64,000 bases of DNA from Podarcis melisellensis (taxonomy: Eukaryota): assembly GCA_964234715.1 (NCBI GenBank), contig OZ174290.1. One strand, 5' to 3'. Positions 23,501 through 35,887 of this stretch are shown in pieces. The notes below the pieces were generated by a model that did no database searches, was not told the origin of the DNA, and saw only the letters and a program-made list of their open reading frames with translations. The position numbers were made by a program, and so were the translations under genes. Within the stretch, counting starts at the first letter, position 1. Every line of letters starts with the position of its first letter.

Positions 23501-26500
23501 CGGAGAAGACCCTGCTGGATACCTTCAGCACAGAGCTGCTCAAGTCCGACTCCGACAATAACAACAGTGACGACTGCGGGAACATTCTCCCGTCTGACAT
23601 CATGGACTTTGTGCTGAAAAACACCCCCTCCATGCAAGCCCTCGGAGAGAGCCCTGAGTCATCGTCCTCCGAGCTCCTGACGCTGGGAGATGGGCTGGGC
23701 CTTGACACCACCAACCGGGGCAAGGATATGGGCCTCTTTGAAGTCTTTTCTCAGCAGCTGCCAACCACAGAGCCTGTTGACAGCAGTGTTTCGTCATCCA
23801 TCTCGGCAGAGGAGCAGTTTGAGCTGCCTCTGGAACTGCCTTCTGACCTCTCTGTCTTGACCACTCGGAGCCCGACAGTGCCCAGCCAAAATCACGGCAG
23901 ACTTGCTGTCATTTCAGAATCCTCGCTCTCCTCCTCCTCCTCGTCGTCAGGGGAGAGATCACTCTTAGCTTTGCCTTCTACGGAGTCTGCCGAGAAGAGG
24001 GTGACTGTCACAGAGAAAGCTGCCTCCAGTGAAGGGGAGCCAGCTCTACTGAGCCCACGAGTGGACCCAAGCCCTGAAGGACACCTGACCCCTGACCCCT
24101 TTATTCAAAGTCACATGGAAGCAGAGCACATAGCCAGCCCCCCATGTGGACCAGGAGAGCCAGGGCGTTCAGCCAGCCAAGACTTGGCCAGAAATAGCGG
24201 GACACCTGGTCTCCAAGTGCCAGTTTCTCCCACCCTCCCACTTCAGAATCCTAAGTATGGCCCAAACTCCACAGAGAACCCTGGCCCATCTCAGATTTCC
24301 AATGCTGCTGTGCAGACAGCCCCCCTCCACCTCAAGGCAGCTGCAGAAAAGCTCCTGGTGGTTAATCAGAACATGCAGCCATTGTACGTCCTTCAGACTC
24401 TTCCCAATGGTGTCACGCAAAAGATACAGCTGACCTCTTCTGTCAGTTCTGCACAGGGCGTGTTGGAGGCCAGCGCTTCTGTGCTTGGGCCCCTGGGCCC
24501 AGGGCTGGCACTAGGGGCCGGTGTAAACCCCAGCTTGCCTTCCTCCTCCCAGCCTCTTTTTCCACCAACCAGCAAAGGGTTACTGCCAATGCCCCATCAC
24601 CAACACTTGCACTCCTTTTCTGCAGCCCCCCAAAGCAGCTTCCCATCCTCCCTTGGCAGTCCTGCCTCAGGACTTCTGATTGGTGTCCAGCAACCACCTG
24701 ACCCCGAAGCAAATCAGAGAGCCGAGATTGGGTCCACAGCCACCACGCCACCCTCTGGCCTCAGCAAGAAAAGGCAAATTTCGCGCTTGCCATCGCGCAA
24801 GAACAAAAAGCTTGCCCCTTCCGCCATCACCCCGTCTGACATGGTCCCCAACATGACGTTGATTAACTTCACTCCTTCCCAGCTCCCCAGCCACCCAGGC
24901 CTGCTAGATTTGGGAACTGCCAGTAACCCTGCATCCCACAGAACTGTCCCCAATATCATCAAGCGTTCAAAGTCTGGGATAATGTACTTTGAGCAGACCC
25001 CTCTGCTGCCCCAAGGGGTGGGAGCAACTGCAGCAGCAGTTGGAACACCCCCTAGCGTGGCTGGGCCAGACAGTGGTCATCTTGCAACTAGGCCAGTGAC
25101 AGGCCTAGCCTCTGCTGGATCCATGCTGAATGTGGTGTCAATGCCGACATCATCAGCACCTTCCACAGGCACATCAGTCCCCAGCGGACATGGGCTGGGG
25201 AGGGGGTCCGTTGCACTACCTAGCTCTGGGCTGCAAGGAGTGTCTGACATGGGCTCCATCAGCAACCTCTTAATCAAAGCCACTCAACAGAGCTTGGGTC
25301 TTCCGGAGCAGCACGCTGCAGTGCCACCATCTGGCTCCGGGATGTTTTCACCACTAGGCGATGCCTCATCGGCTCAGTCCACAGTCTCAGTGGCGGGGAC
25401 GGCAGCATCCAGCATCTGTGTCTTGCCTTCTGCACAGACTATGGGCATGACCACTGACCCTGAAGGATCTTACCAGCCTGGGCCTCTGACACAGATCCTG
25501 GCCAGCAAAACTGGTGCCGTCCCGCCTCAGGTGGACCTTGCGCCATCCCAAGCTCCTCCGCATTCAGGCTTTCCCCAGTTGGTGGACATCACTAACCCTG
25601 CAGCACTGGAGCAAAGCAAGACCACCTCATCCGTCACGCGTGCCAGCTCAACTTCTCCCGCAAGCTCCACATCCTCTGACCAGCTGCTTGGAAGCTCCTC
25701 CATGAAAGTCAAAGCCAAAGTGAAACGGTCTCAGCCCTCATCAGACAGCAGCATCAGCAAAGGGTCTGGAAAGAAGCACAAGATGTCTCACTTCTGGTCC
25801 ACCTCCCCTGAGAAGCACATTCCCCAGCAAGGCACCAACTCTGCGGCCCAGGACTTGGCTGGAGGGTAAGAGATGGAGGTCTTTGATCTCCCCCCTGTTT
25901 TCCCAGCCCCTTCTGAACCCGTCATCCTTTTTATTTCTTTAGTACTTCTGCTGTAGAAACTTCTGCAACAAAGCCTAGATGGAAAACGAGCTTCATTCAA
26001 AAGCCAGCAGGCAGTCTGCTTGTCTGCCATTTGAACCAGGAAGCTGTCATGTATTTGATGCAGCTCCTGAATATGAGCTGTGATGCTTGAGGGCCTTTTC
26101 TTTGAAGGAAAGAGGGAGAAGCTGCTTGAGCTGCTAGCTGTTCATGCTACTGATCTTCTTTATTTGCAGCAGTGGGTGTGATGGTACTGTACTAAGTGGG
26201 AAAGTGTGTGTGGTGGGAATTAGATTTGACGGCCTCAGTGGCAGCGCAGCTCAAGATCACCTCTTTTACTCCATATTATTATGAGAGATTCCTTTAGAAA
26301 ACCCAACAGCTACGTTTTTAAAATGGAGTTTATCTTGTAAATGCTGCTTGATAAATGTTGCTTCTTGGAGAGCCAGAGAAGTGGAGCATTATCTGGCTTG
26401 TGACTAGTCATTGTAGTATTCCTGAGTAATCTTGTCTGTTCCAGGATTCCTACCCTGAAGATGCACATGGAGGAAGAAGAGGAAGGGGCCGCAAGTGTAG

Positions 26501-29500
26501 AGCAGCCCCCACCCAAAGTGGCAGACAGGTAAGGCAGTCTCTCAGGTTGTGGTCACATCAAGAGTGTCTGTGTTTTATGTATGCTTCTGGGGCGGGAGGG
26601 ATGTTGGCAGGCAGAGGTACACATGTGCCTGGCTGCACAAACATTGTTCTGCCCCAAGAAAGCAAGCACACTTCTTAATATGTGTTGGGCAGTTCCAACA
26701 ATGAAACACTGATAACCAGAGCCTACAATAGGGTCACTCTACTGCTGACCTCAGAGGCTTTAAGTTTTCTCTACTTGCCTAAAACATGGAGACCCCTCTC
26801 AGAAAGCTCCAAGTGATGTTCTTTGTATTGAACATCCCAGTTTTCCACCTGCTCTACTGTTTAGAAGGACGGGCAGTGCTGTGCTGTGGCTTGGTCCATT
26901 TTTTGGAGCGCTTGCCACTCAGCCAAATGTATTATAAGTAGCAGGCCTCTCCATCCAGTGGAGACTCACGGCTCAGAGTGTTTTGTTTAGCTTCTCCCTT
27001 TGGCATCTGCTGGGGAATCAAAACTCCTAAAAGGCTTCAGTTGTTGAAACAGGGGCGGATTCTTGCCTTGTTTCCAGCTGTGCTTCTCTCCACAGGCAAA
27101 CGGCATCTGTTCCAGAATCACAGACAGCACAGAGCACTGCAAGTGAGCAAGAGCCCACAGGTATGTTGTCCATCGACCTCAAGTACAAACTGGCCACCAG
27201 TTCACAGATGTTTCACTTGGAAAGGCACATATATCTTCAAAAAAATTTTTTGTCTTATTGTGTTTTTATACCTTGCTGGAAGCCACCCAGTGTGGCTGGG
27301 AAAACCCAGCCAGATGGGCAGGGTATCAGTAATAAAATTACTATTATCATTCCCAGTTGTAAGCTTGCCCTATGATTCTCCTTGTATGACAGCCCTGTTT
27401 GAGAGAGCCCTCAGCAGCTCTCTTAGTTCATGAGAGCCTTTCCCTACATTCTTAATGTTCCTTATTAGGTGGCTTTGGCTTTGCCAAGGACTCTGGAGGT
27501 AAGAAGATCTTGTTTTCCTTCCAGACTCCAGAGCTTCTGAGGATGAAGAGAGCACTTTCAGCTCCCCACTCATGTTCTGGTTGCAGCAAGAGCGGAAGAG
27601 AAAGGAGAGCCTCGCTGAGAAGAAGCCCAAGAAAGGATTGATCTTTGAGATCTCAAGCGATGATGGATTTCAGATCTGTGCTGAAAGTATTGAAGGTGGG
27701 AAATGGGGCAAGTGGGGCAGGTGACATCTGATGCAGCTGCTTTGGGGTTAGATGCATTTTCGCTGTGCTCATCTTACAAAGGTCACCTTTAACTGCTTTG
27801 CACCCTTTCCAAGTGCTGCAGGGGGCAGCCCTGCATGAAGTTTGCAGGAATGCAGAGCCACCTGGCAGCAATTGTGAATTTTACGGTTTAAAAAGGAGCA
27901 AAAGGGAAGCTTTTCTGGGACACTCCTCCCTCCCACTGAATCATTTCTTGTTTATCTTCATCTCAGAGGCCTGGCAATCCCTAACTGACAAGGTTCAGGA
28001 GGCTCGTTCCAATGCCCGCTTGAAGCAGCTATCCTTCGCAGGTAAGAAAGGCAGCAGGGTTGGGAATTCCAAACCCCTTGCATGGATAGGAAGACAGTAA
28101 GAAAGTGCCTTGAATGTCACTGCTGTCCTGTAGGCCAAGACCTAGGCAGGGACTTTGCCACCTGGGCCTGCTTCCTTGCGCTACATAAACGCTAGAAAGA
28201 GTCTCACAGGATGCCCTGTTTTCTTAGGATACAGTACTTTGGTTGCACAAACAGCTTAAGGACAAAGAATGGGGTTTGTGCTTCTTTTAGGACACCCTTT
28301 GCATCTTTTAAGCCCATGCCTGGCCGTGGAGATTTGGGCCCATTTGAGCTGCTCCACCAGTTTCTTGAGCTGCTTTTTGCCTAAAGGCTGGGCCATGTTG
28401 CCGCCACCACCACCTGGCTGCTTCTTACAAGGAGGACTGAAGGGAGCCACTGGGCTCAGCCTGGGCTGGACAGCCTCTTCTACCAGCAAGCTGCCTTCCC
28501 TGTCTACTCTCTCCTTATTCCAGGTGTGAGCGGATTGAGGATGCTGGGAATTCTGCACGATGCTGTTGTGTTCCTGATAGAACAGCTGTCTGGAGCAAAG
28601 CACTGCCACAACTACAAGTTCCGGTTCCATAAGCCAGAGGAGGCCAAGGAGCCCCCAGTGAACCCACATGGCTCTGCCAGAGCTGAAGTGCACCTCAGGT
28701 CAGTGGCAGACTCTGCTCTCATTAAAACCAAAGCACCTGCTTCAGAGATCCTTCAGTGGTTTGGGGGTGATGCTTTCTGTGGAGAGACAGTGAAAATAAA
28801 TTCTTCTTCAAATATCTGTTTGGGAGGGAGGCACATGAATAGCATATCATCATTGAATAAACAGACTTGGGCCCAGGTGCTCCCTAGTTGGCATATAGGA
28901 GGAATCCAGGAAGGAGCGGGTTAACTGCCCCAACTGTTCAAGACAAGGAGGGTCACATGATGGAAGACCAGAGTATCTCTACCCCCAGGGAGGAAAAGGT
29001 TGCTAGAATCCCACAGAAGGCTCTACAAAGGGGCTGCTGTGGTTTTAGCTCAGACCAGACACTTTGAAGTTTCTCCACAGTGTGGGGAGCCAGTGTAGAG
29101 CCTAGTGGGCTTCTGGCAGCCGGTCTGGGAATGTCTCATTGTCCTGGAGGAGAGAGGAGCATTGTGTGGCTTGTAAGGCAGCTCATTAACCCTGAGAGCC
29201 AGTCTCACGCCTCTTGGATCTGCATTACAGGAAGTCCGCCTTCGACATGTTCAATTTCCTGGCTTCTAAGCACCGCCAGCCGCCAGAGTACAACCCCAAC
29301 GATGAGGAGGAAGAGGAGGTGCAGCTGAAGTCTGCCCGGTACATAGCGGGTGCGGAGGCGAGTTGGTGGGGAGGGCTAGAAGGCTGCTCATTTTTGATGT
29401 TGTCGGCAGTGGTGGGAAGCTAAAGAACGGGGAAGGGGTGCAGATTTTGCCTCCTGCAGCTGCCCCATAAGCCAGCCTCTCAGCAGTTGGCACTGCAAAG

Positions 29501-31882
29501 TGGCTTGTGGAGCAAGGTGGGGCTTGGCAGCTCAAAGGCCCCCATTAGTTGAACTCTCTCAAGCAGCCTCTTTCCTCCTCTCTTCAGGAGGGCAACCAGC
29601 ATGGATCTTCCCATGCCCATGCGGTTCCGACACTTGAAGAAAACCTCCAAGGAGGCAGTTGGTGTCTACAGGTAGGTGGGTGGGAGTTGGTAGGCACTGG
29701 TGGAGGAAGAGGGGGGCAGGGGGAGCACATTGCCCCCGGCAGCACGATCCCAGTTGGGTTCCATCACAGCTGCCCCTACTGGATCCCACGCCCCCGCCTG
29801 CTCTCCGCCGCTGTTGGTAGGTGGAGGCCACCTTAGCAGGGTAAACGATGGGGAGGGTAGAACAGCCTGAGCCAGCAGGGCTTAGCAGAACAGCAATGAG
29901 AAAGTGCCTGGAACGACTCTCCTAGGTCATGTGGACAGATCTGCTCCTAGCTGGGTGGCCTGCCTGCCTGCCTCCACGTTCAGGGTGAGGCTTGCTGCCT
30001 CTATGGTTGCAGCACCTAACACCCGTGGCTGCGCTGTGTGTTCCTTCTTGACAGGTCTCCTATCCACGGCCGGGGCCTGTTCTGCAAAAGAAACATCGAT
30101 GCAGGAGAGATGGTGATCGAGTATGCCGGCAACGTGATCCGTTCCATCCTAACTGACAAGCGTGAGAAGTACTACGACAGCAAGGTAAGCCTTAGCAACA
30201 GCAGAGGCACTGCTGAAACCCAGCTGGTCATGAGTGCCGGCCACAGGGGCCCTGAGGTTCTCCTGAGCGAGGACAAGGGCTTCCTAGGCCTTCAGTAAAG
30301 CACTGGGAAAAGCAGACCCTGGGTTCTTTGGTTGGAATGCACAGTGCAGGGGTCACCCTGCCCGCACTTGAGCAGTTCCTCCTTACGTAAGGCAAGTGCC
30401 AGCACTTAAGCCTTGGAAGCAAAAGAGGGATGAGAAGTGGTGGCTGCACAGGAAGAGGTTGATTTTCCTGCAGAAGGGAGGGGGGTCCTCAGCTGGGTTG
30501 TCCCTCCCACTTGCTTCACTAGGCAGGATTATGTAAATTAGGTTGAATTTACCCCTTAGTGGGTTGGCGACCCTTCCTTCTTGCCCAGCTCCCAGTGCAG
30601 GTAGGGTGACAGCTTGCCTGTAATCCTTTTCTGGGTTGCTGAGAAGAGAGGTTCTGTTGCTATTGCCTTCAGGAAAACTGGGAAGCAGAAGATGGCTCAG
30701 AGAGCAGCTAGTCCTCCCTCGCAGTGGCCCCTGTTCTCTCATCAGGAGAGGACATTTTGTCCTAGGAGCCTCTTGAGGTGACAGGATTGGTACCTGATTT
30801 TCCTAGGAGCTGGTAGTCAGGTCCTTCTCAGGTGCAGGCAGGGGCAATTGCTGGGGCAGAGAGGGTGGAAGGGTTGTGGGGCTCTCGCCATGCATTCTCC
30901 CTGCCCCCCTCCACATCATAGAAGGCATGGCTCTCCATCCCAGATTTTGCCAGTGTGTCTAGCAAATCCTCATGCAGGGATCTGGAGTTGGCTCTGCTCC
31001 CGCCTTCCCTATTCAGGAAACTGGTTTGGGTCTCCTTGAGCCTTATTGGGCTCAGGTTTGGGGAAAGGCTCAGCCTTTCCGTGTTTGGACAGGAAAGCCA
31101 TCAGGTTGCTAGCCTTAGCAGCACTCTTACGACATAGGCTGAAATGTAAATCCTGATTGGAATGAGGCCCCCAGTTGTACTATTATGATTAGTGAAGTTT
31201 TCTTATGCTTGCAGCACAAAAAAGAAATAGAATTGTAGAGTTGGGAGGGTCCTCTAGTCCAACTGTCTGCAATGCAGAAATCTCAGCTAAGGCCTCCATG
31301 ACATATGGCCATCCAGCCTCTGCTTTAAAAATCTCCAAGTGGCTTACTTTCTTTTTAAAACAAAAGTATAAGTCATAAATAAAGAATACATTATAATAAA
31401 GACCTGTAACAATTCGCAGAAACTTTACAGACTCTCCCTGGCATGTGTGAACTACGTCCTTTGACAAACTTTTAAAAGGCGTGTTGAACAGGCATAGGTT
31501 GGCTTTTATGTTGCAGCTGGTCTTGTCTGAAGGGTTAGCTGTGGTGGTGCCCTGTGACCTGAAACCAGCCCATCCTCTCTCCCTGCCCCCTCCTCTCCTG
31601 GCCCAGGGCATCGGCTGCTACATGTTCCGCATTGACGACTCTGAGGTGGTGGACGCCACCATGCACGGGAACGCAGCCCGCTTCATCAACCACTCCTGTG
31701 AGCCCAACTGCTACTCCCGAGTCATCAACATTGATGGGCAGAAGCACATAGTCATATTTGCCATGCGCAAGATCTACCGCGGCGAGGAGCTGACCTACGA
31801 CTACAAGTTCCCTATCGAAGACGCCAGCAACAAGCTGCCCTGCAATTGCGGTGCCAAGAAATGCCGCCGGTTCCTCAACTGA
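1633..31882 (+). CDS. KMT2A: Histone-lysine N-methyltransferase 2A (MLL1), exons 2-36; exon 1 is upstream of the window
   Basis: Exons: 1633-1702, 2340-5014 (alternative start 2334), 5983-6160, 6388-6622, 7398-7462, 7700-8083, 8437-8510, 9133-9261, 9824-9937, 10469-10615, 11034-11129, 11450-11570, 11916-12029, 12420-12604, 13854-14027, 14407-14517, 14796-14869, 15208-15401, 15811-15917, 17376-17513, 18434-18592, 18729-18846, 18943-19021, 19211-19371, 20168-20326, 21602-25865, 26445-26528, 27096-27160, 27525-27695, 27967-28041, 28524-28698, 29231-29338, 29588-29671, 30055-30184, 31607-31882. Total 11,493 nt, in frame. Encodes [12 protein letters not shown]-hooks (RGRP), CXXC, PHD1-3, bromodomain, ePHD4, FYRN, taspase sites, TAD, FYRC, Win motif and SET/post-SET ending [13 protein letters not shown]. 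Confidence 0.98.
2340..5014 (+). CDS. KMT2A: KMT2A exon 3 (three AT-hooks, SNL regions)
   Basis: ORF 2297..5173 contains KPRGRPR, KRRGRPP and RRRGRPPS, plus [31 protein letters not shown]. Flanked by CAG acceptor and CAG|GTATTT donor. Confidence 0.97.
5385..5502 (+). mobile_element. LINE 3'-terminal fragment with (TTA)n tail
   Basis: GGGAGCCACCCAGAGTAGCTGGGGAAACTCAGCCAGATGGGCGGGGTATAAATAAA followed by about 16 TTA units; second copy at 27275-27351. Confidence 0.7.
6388..7462 (+). CDS. KMT2A: KMT2A exons 5-6, CXXC zinc finger
   Basis: [40 protein letters not shown] | [10 protein letters not shown]; exons 6388-6622 and 7398-7462. Confidence 0.97.
9824..12604 (+). CDS. KMT2A: KMT2A exons 10-15, PHD fingers 1-3
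   Basis: [14 protein letters not shown]|[66 protein letters not shown]|[21 protein letters not shown]. Confidence 0.97.
10767..10972. mobile_element. hAT (Charlie-like) MITE in KMT2A intron 11
   Basis: Perfect 16-bp TIRs CAGAGCTTTCCAAACT / AGTTTGGAAAGCTCTG and a perfect 8-bp TSD GTCTAAAG (10759-10766 and 10973-10980). Confidence 0.9.
15769..15802. repeat. CT-rich microsatellite forming the polypyrimidine tract of KMT2A exon 20
   Basis: Imperfect (CT)n/(CTTT)n run immediately before the acceptor at 15810. Confidence 0.7.
16240..17250 (+). mobile_element. Decayed CR1 LINE 3' portion (RT remnant and 3' UTR) in KMT2A intron 20
   Basis: CR1-like passages GTCAGACCTCATCTGGAGTACTATGTTCA, TTTAAGGAGGATGTAGACAAATTGG, GGAAATTTCTTGACAGTAAGAGC and GGGTTGGACTAGA; multiple stops and frameshifts. 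Confidence 0.8.
21172..21535 (-). mobile_element. Full-length Sauria SINE
   Basis: Minus-strand 5' end GGGACACGGGTGGCGCTGTGG, Pol III B-box GGTTCGAATCCC (21460-21471), (ACCTTT)n tail, and a 13-bp TSD TTTGCATTCAGTA (21159-21171 and 21536-21548). Confidence 0.92.
21602..25865 (+). CDS. KMT2A: KMT2A exon 27 (4,264 nt): taspase-1 sites and transactivation domain
   Basis: ORF 21550..25869. CS1 QVD/GADD at 23053-23073, CS2 QLD/GVDD at 23209-23229, and the KIX-binding [22 protein letters not shown] near 23572-23628. Confidence 0.97.
27275..27351 (+). mobile_element. LINE 3' fragment, same family as 5385-5502
   Basis: GGAAGCCACCCAGTGTGGCTGGGAAAACCCAGCCAGATGGGCAGGGTAT followed by a degenerate TTA tail. 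Confidence 0.65.
29588..31882 (+). CDS. KMT2A: KMT2A exons 34-36, SET and post-SET domains
   Basis: [32 protein letters not shown]...[11 protein letters not shown]...[14 protein letters not shown]...EELTYDYKF...[13 protein letters not shown], stop TGA at 31880-31882. Confidence 0.98.
31225..31340 (-). mobile_element. CR1 3'-end fragment
   Basis: AGAATTGTAGAGTTGG...CTAGTCCAAC...ATGGCCATCCAGCCTCTGCTTTAAAAATCTCCAA; the same motif occurs at 40742-40806 and 61128. Confidence 0.65.
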
Positions 31883-34800
31883 ACGCTGACCTGACCTGGC
31901 TGTCGTAGGGGTTGGGCTCCGTCAGTCTCAGGCGTGGGGTGGGTGGGGTGGCCCTCCCATGGCAAGTGGGTCAAGCCAGGCAGCAGGTGGCCGAGGCCTG
32001 GTATTGTTTGCTGCCTCCTTGGCTTTGTGAAAGGTCCTGCCCAGATGATGGACTTCGTTGTCCCGTCTTGCAAGGAAAACTGCTGGAGTGTTGGGCTGCT
32101 GCAGCAGCCAAGGACTGCCTTGAGAGGTGGGGCTTCCCTTCCCGCACACTTTGGTGGGCCCTTGCCTCCTCAGACTTGGAGACATGGCCTGCAGGTCTCC
32201 GTGAGCTGCCCTTGTGTCTTGCCTCTGTCTGGCTGTTCCCTGAAATTCCCATGACTTGTTGAGGAATAGCTCATCAGTATTTGAGCAGGCAAGCAATGCG
32301 GACTGAGGGCTTCCATGCGCTTTGGATGAGGTTAGGTTAGAAGTGCAGCCAAGGAGGACTCCCTGCCCTAGGAAGCAGGCTGTCCTGCCAGGCATTCAGT
32401 CCCTAGAGCCCTCTCCCCGCCCTGCACCTGCCCTCCAGTTGGGACTCCAGAGGAAACTGAGCCCCACCAGCCTGCAGCAGCTGATAACATTTCCTTCCCT
32501 ACCAGCTGCTCTCTGACATAGGAAAAGGCAGGGAGTGCCAACACTCCCAGTGAGCTAGAGGCTGTGGGTTCCCTGGTCCAAGATTGGGGGACCCAAAAGG
32601 TGATGGATCTCCCTAGTGGGATCATGTGCCCGTTTAAAAGCAAACACAAGCAGCACAACTTCCTTTCAGCCTCCTTCAGTTGCACCCTCTTGAATTATTA
32701 TGTCATTGGATTTTACTTGGTTCTTCTGTTTACAGTTTAGTATTTAAGGTTTTGTAAATGTAAATATATTTTGTATATTTTTCTATGAGAAGCACTTCAT
32801 AGCGAAGAGCACTTATGAAACTATTTTTTCAATTGTGGTTGTCATCCTAATTTAAAAGAATCAGTTTTTAATGACCTTATTATTTTAATAGGATGGGCTT
32901 TAGGAGGTTGCTGGCCAGGCCTGCAGTCTGAACCTTCCTCTAGAGAGCAGTGGGGGCAACGGGGAGAACCTTTCCAGTTTTCTGGAAGCTTCGGCTGGAC
33001 CTCGAATTACACATTGTGGGAGAGAAGATACACACACATCTGCAAGAGGTGTTTTGAACCCAGCATTGATGCTGGGTTTTAACATGGGGTGGGAGTACAG
33101 CACAGAGGGGACCCCCTGACCTTCCTCTCTCTTGGGAAGAGGCCAAAATCCCACCACACCACACCTCAGTAACCCAACATTTCTGGTCTGCTCCATCTCA
33201 TGCCACCAGATTAAACTTCCTTGGCTCTGAAACTGCAAGGAAACCTTCCTATGGTTGCCTAGTAAAGCCGCAGCAGCAGCCAGGCTTCTTTTGGGCCAAC
33301 AAGCACATTCCCTATGAAGATCTTGCCTCTCCTGCAGCCCAGCTTCCAGTTGCCTGGGGAGGACAGGCCAGCACTTACTAAGCCTTCCGCTCCAGCTGGA
33401 GTGGTACAGGGCGTGTGTCCATTTCTCCTATTTGGGGGGGGGGGCGCAAAACCCAAGTTTGGGTTGCCTGTGGTGAATGTGGCAGAGTTTTTGGGGAATC
33501 GAGTAGCTCTCCAGCTTTCCTGTTCCAGGCTGCCACATCCTGTGGGCCAAAGAGGAACATTATTTCCGTGTCCCCTGCTGCTACCAAAGCCCTGAGCCAG
33601 TAGCTGCCAGGTCAAAAGAGAGTTCCGTCCCTTGCTTCTTCCTCTCTTCCACAAGGAAGTTCCAAGCAAGGAACAGGAGGAGGAGGTGCACAAGCACGTG
33701 GCTCAGGGCAGAGCTGGACTGGTGTCCAAGCTCACTGACATTTGCTGCTGCTGTTGCTGCTGCTAAACCCTGATCTGACTGAGTTCAGCAGCAGGCAGCC
33801 ACTATGGCCAGTAACCCAAGGAAGAAGGCATGCATGCCACTGTGCCTGGGCTCCATGGGGAGGCCAGCAGGAACGGAGAGAAGGAAGGGTTGGGGTCTTG
33901 GCCAGTTGTGTTGGCTCTGATCCGTGGAGCAAAGTGAGGAGCTCCACGCGGCTTCCTGGCAATATGAATGTATAATTTCTAAGGACTGACAGAGATCATG
34001 ATACCTGAGAATACTAAGAGTCAAACCTTTAAGGTGTTTATTTTTTTAAAGGAAAAGCGGGTCACTGCAAAGGGCTGGGGTATAATAATCTTCTCTTCAT
34101 TGTCCTCCCTTGCGAAGCAATACCGGGTTCTTGTTCTTTGTGCAGAATCATGTCGTTCTCACCCAGATTGCTGCTTCATCCTCCTCCCCCCCACCATCTC
34201 CTCCTCCCACACACCTGCAAGTTTTTATAACTATAAATATGGTATATATAGGAACAAATATCGTACTGCACCATGTCTTGAAGCCTGGCTTTGAATTCTC
34301 TTTAACACTATAGATAAGAGTTGTGTTCCAGTTGCTCAAAAGGCAGGAAAACCAGCAAGCCAGAGGCTTCGGGGCCAGTTGACGTCTCCCTCCTCCAAGG
34401 AGGACTGGGTAAGGGACCGGGGGGGTGGAGGGGTGGATGCTCTGGCTCAGTCTGCCTGCATGCAAACCCCCAGGAAGCTGTTGGGGGCTTGGCTATGAAT
34501 TCTCCTGACCTTCAGTGTTAACAGTCAGTTCTTGTACAACTTGTTTCTTGCCGCCTTCGCTGCCTCCTCCTGGGTTCTGATTGTTGAGGTACCAAAACGG
34601 CATCATCTGCTTTCCTGGTACCTTAACAAGGTCCTGCAGCTTTGCCTCTCAGCCGAGAACTGTGCTCGTGATGTTCCTTTGATTCAACGTAGCCGTCTTT
34701 TAATAGCTCAAGGTAGTGAATAATTGTCTCAAACCGTGCAAAAGCTACGCAAACAGGGTTTTGTTCCAGAGAAAAAGCAACTTATCATGTAAAACCAATC

Positions 34801-35112
34801 TCTCTCTCTCTCTTCGTTTTATTTCTTGTGTTCTTCCAGATTGTTTTGGTTTTTGTTTGTTTGTTTGTTTTCTTTAAAAAGAGGAAACGCGTCTCTCGTG
34901 CTGCATCAGTGTTAATTCCCTGTCATCGTCACAGGGATGAAGGAAGTACTTTCAGTAGTTCAAGAAATGACTGAAAAGTTCCATGAAAGACTGAATGTAA
35001 AAACAAGTGTATATAGTTGTACAAAAAAAGGAGTTTTTAAACATGTTTATTTTCTATGCACTTTTTTATTTAAGTGATAGTTTAATTAATAAACATGTCA
35101 AGTTTATTGCTT
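31883..35112 (+). other. KMT2A: KMT2A 3' UTR (~3.2 kb)
   Basis: Runs from the stop codon to AATAAA at 35088-35093, in the context TTTAATTAATAAACATGTCAAGTTTATTGC, with AU-rich blocks along its length. The exact 3' end is approximate. Confidence 0.75.
35088..35093 (+). terminator. KMT2A polyadenylation signal AATAAA
   Basis: AATAAA with U-rich upstream sequence and a GT/T-rich element downstream. Confidence 0.75.
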
Positions 35113-35295
35113 CAGAGGATGGTGTTTTCATTTATTGATCAAGGCTGTGGAGGTTTTCAGCAGGGGAGGGGGGCTAGTTTGTATATAGCTCTCAAGAAAC
35201 AATAAAAAAGGAAGCTACCTCTTCTAGGCTGCACCATACAAACACAAGGTAAGACCATTTACTTCACCTCTTGGGATTCTTTCCTTGTTGCAATA

Positions 35296-35498
35296 CAGTC
35301 ATACCTCAGAAGTTGAACGCCTTTCAAGATGAACATTTTGGCTCCTGAACACCGCAAGCCTGGAAATGATTATTCCTGTTTGTGAACGTTATTTGGAACC
35401 CGAAGGTCCATCATGGCTTCTGATTGGCTGCATGAGCTTCCTGCAGCCAATCAGAAGCTGTGCCTTGGTTCCCAAACGTTTTGGAAGTTGGATGACTG
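35296..35498. mobile_element. Tc1/mariner-type MITE, diverged
   Basis: TA-CAGTCAT...ATGACTG-TA termini, with internal inverted CTTCTGATTGGCTGCA / TGCAGCCAATCAGAAG. Confidence 0.6.
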
Positions 35499-35887
35499 TA
35501 TATCTGATATTCTGTAAGGTGAATGTGCTGCAACAGTCTTACATGCTTCCTTGTCCAGAAGCAAAAGGGAAACCTTGTAGGGAAAGAGATACCTCATTGC
35601 TGAATCCAAATAAAGGCCCATCTAGTCCAGCATTCTCTTCTCACAGAGGCTGAACACATGCCCCAAAGGGAAGCCCACAGTGAAGACCCAAGTGCAAAGG
35701 GTATCCCTGCCATTGGTACACCGAAACTGATGTTTCGGCTGCTTCCGATACTGGAAGTAGTACACAGCCATCATTAACTAGGAGTTTAAAAGCTTCTCTG
35801 CCACCCTTTTCATTTTAGGTGCCAGCAAACTGGTTCAGGTGGAGCCCATCCCTTTTGCATTGGTCCAGCTTGTCCCCAAAAGTCCCA

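Noticed and set aside
21758-25718. Antisense and alternative-frame ORFs over KMT2A exon 27
   Set aside because: Same shadow-ORF effect.
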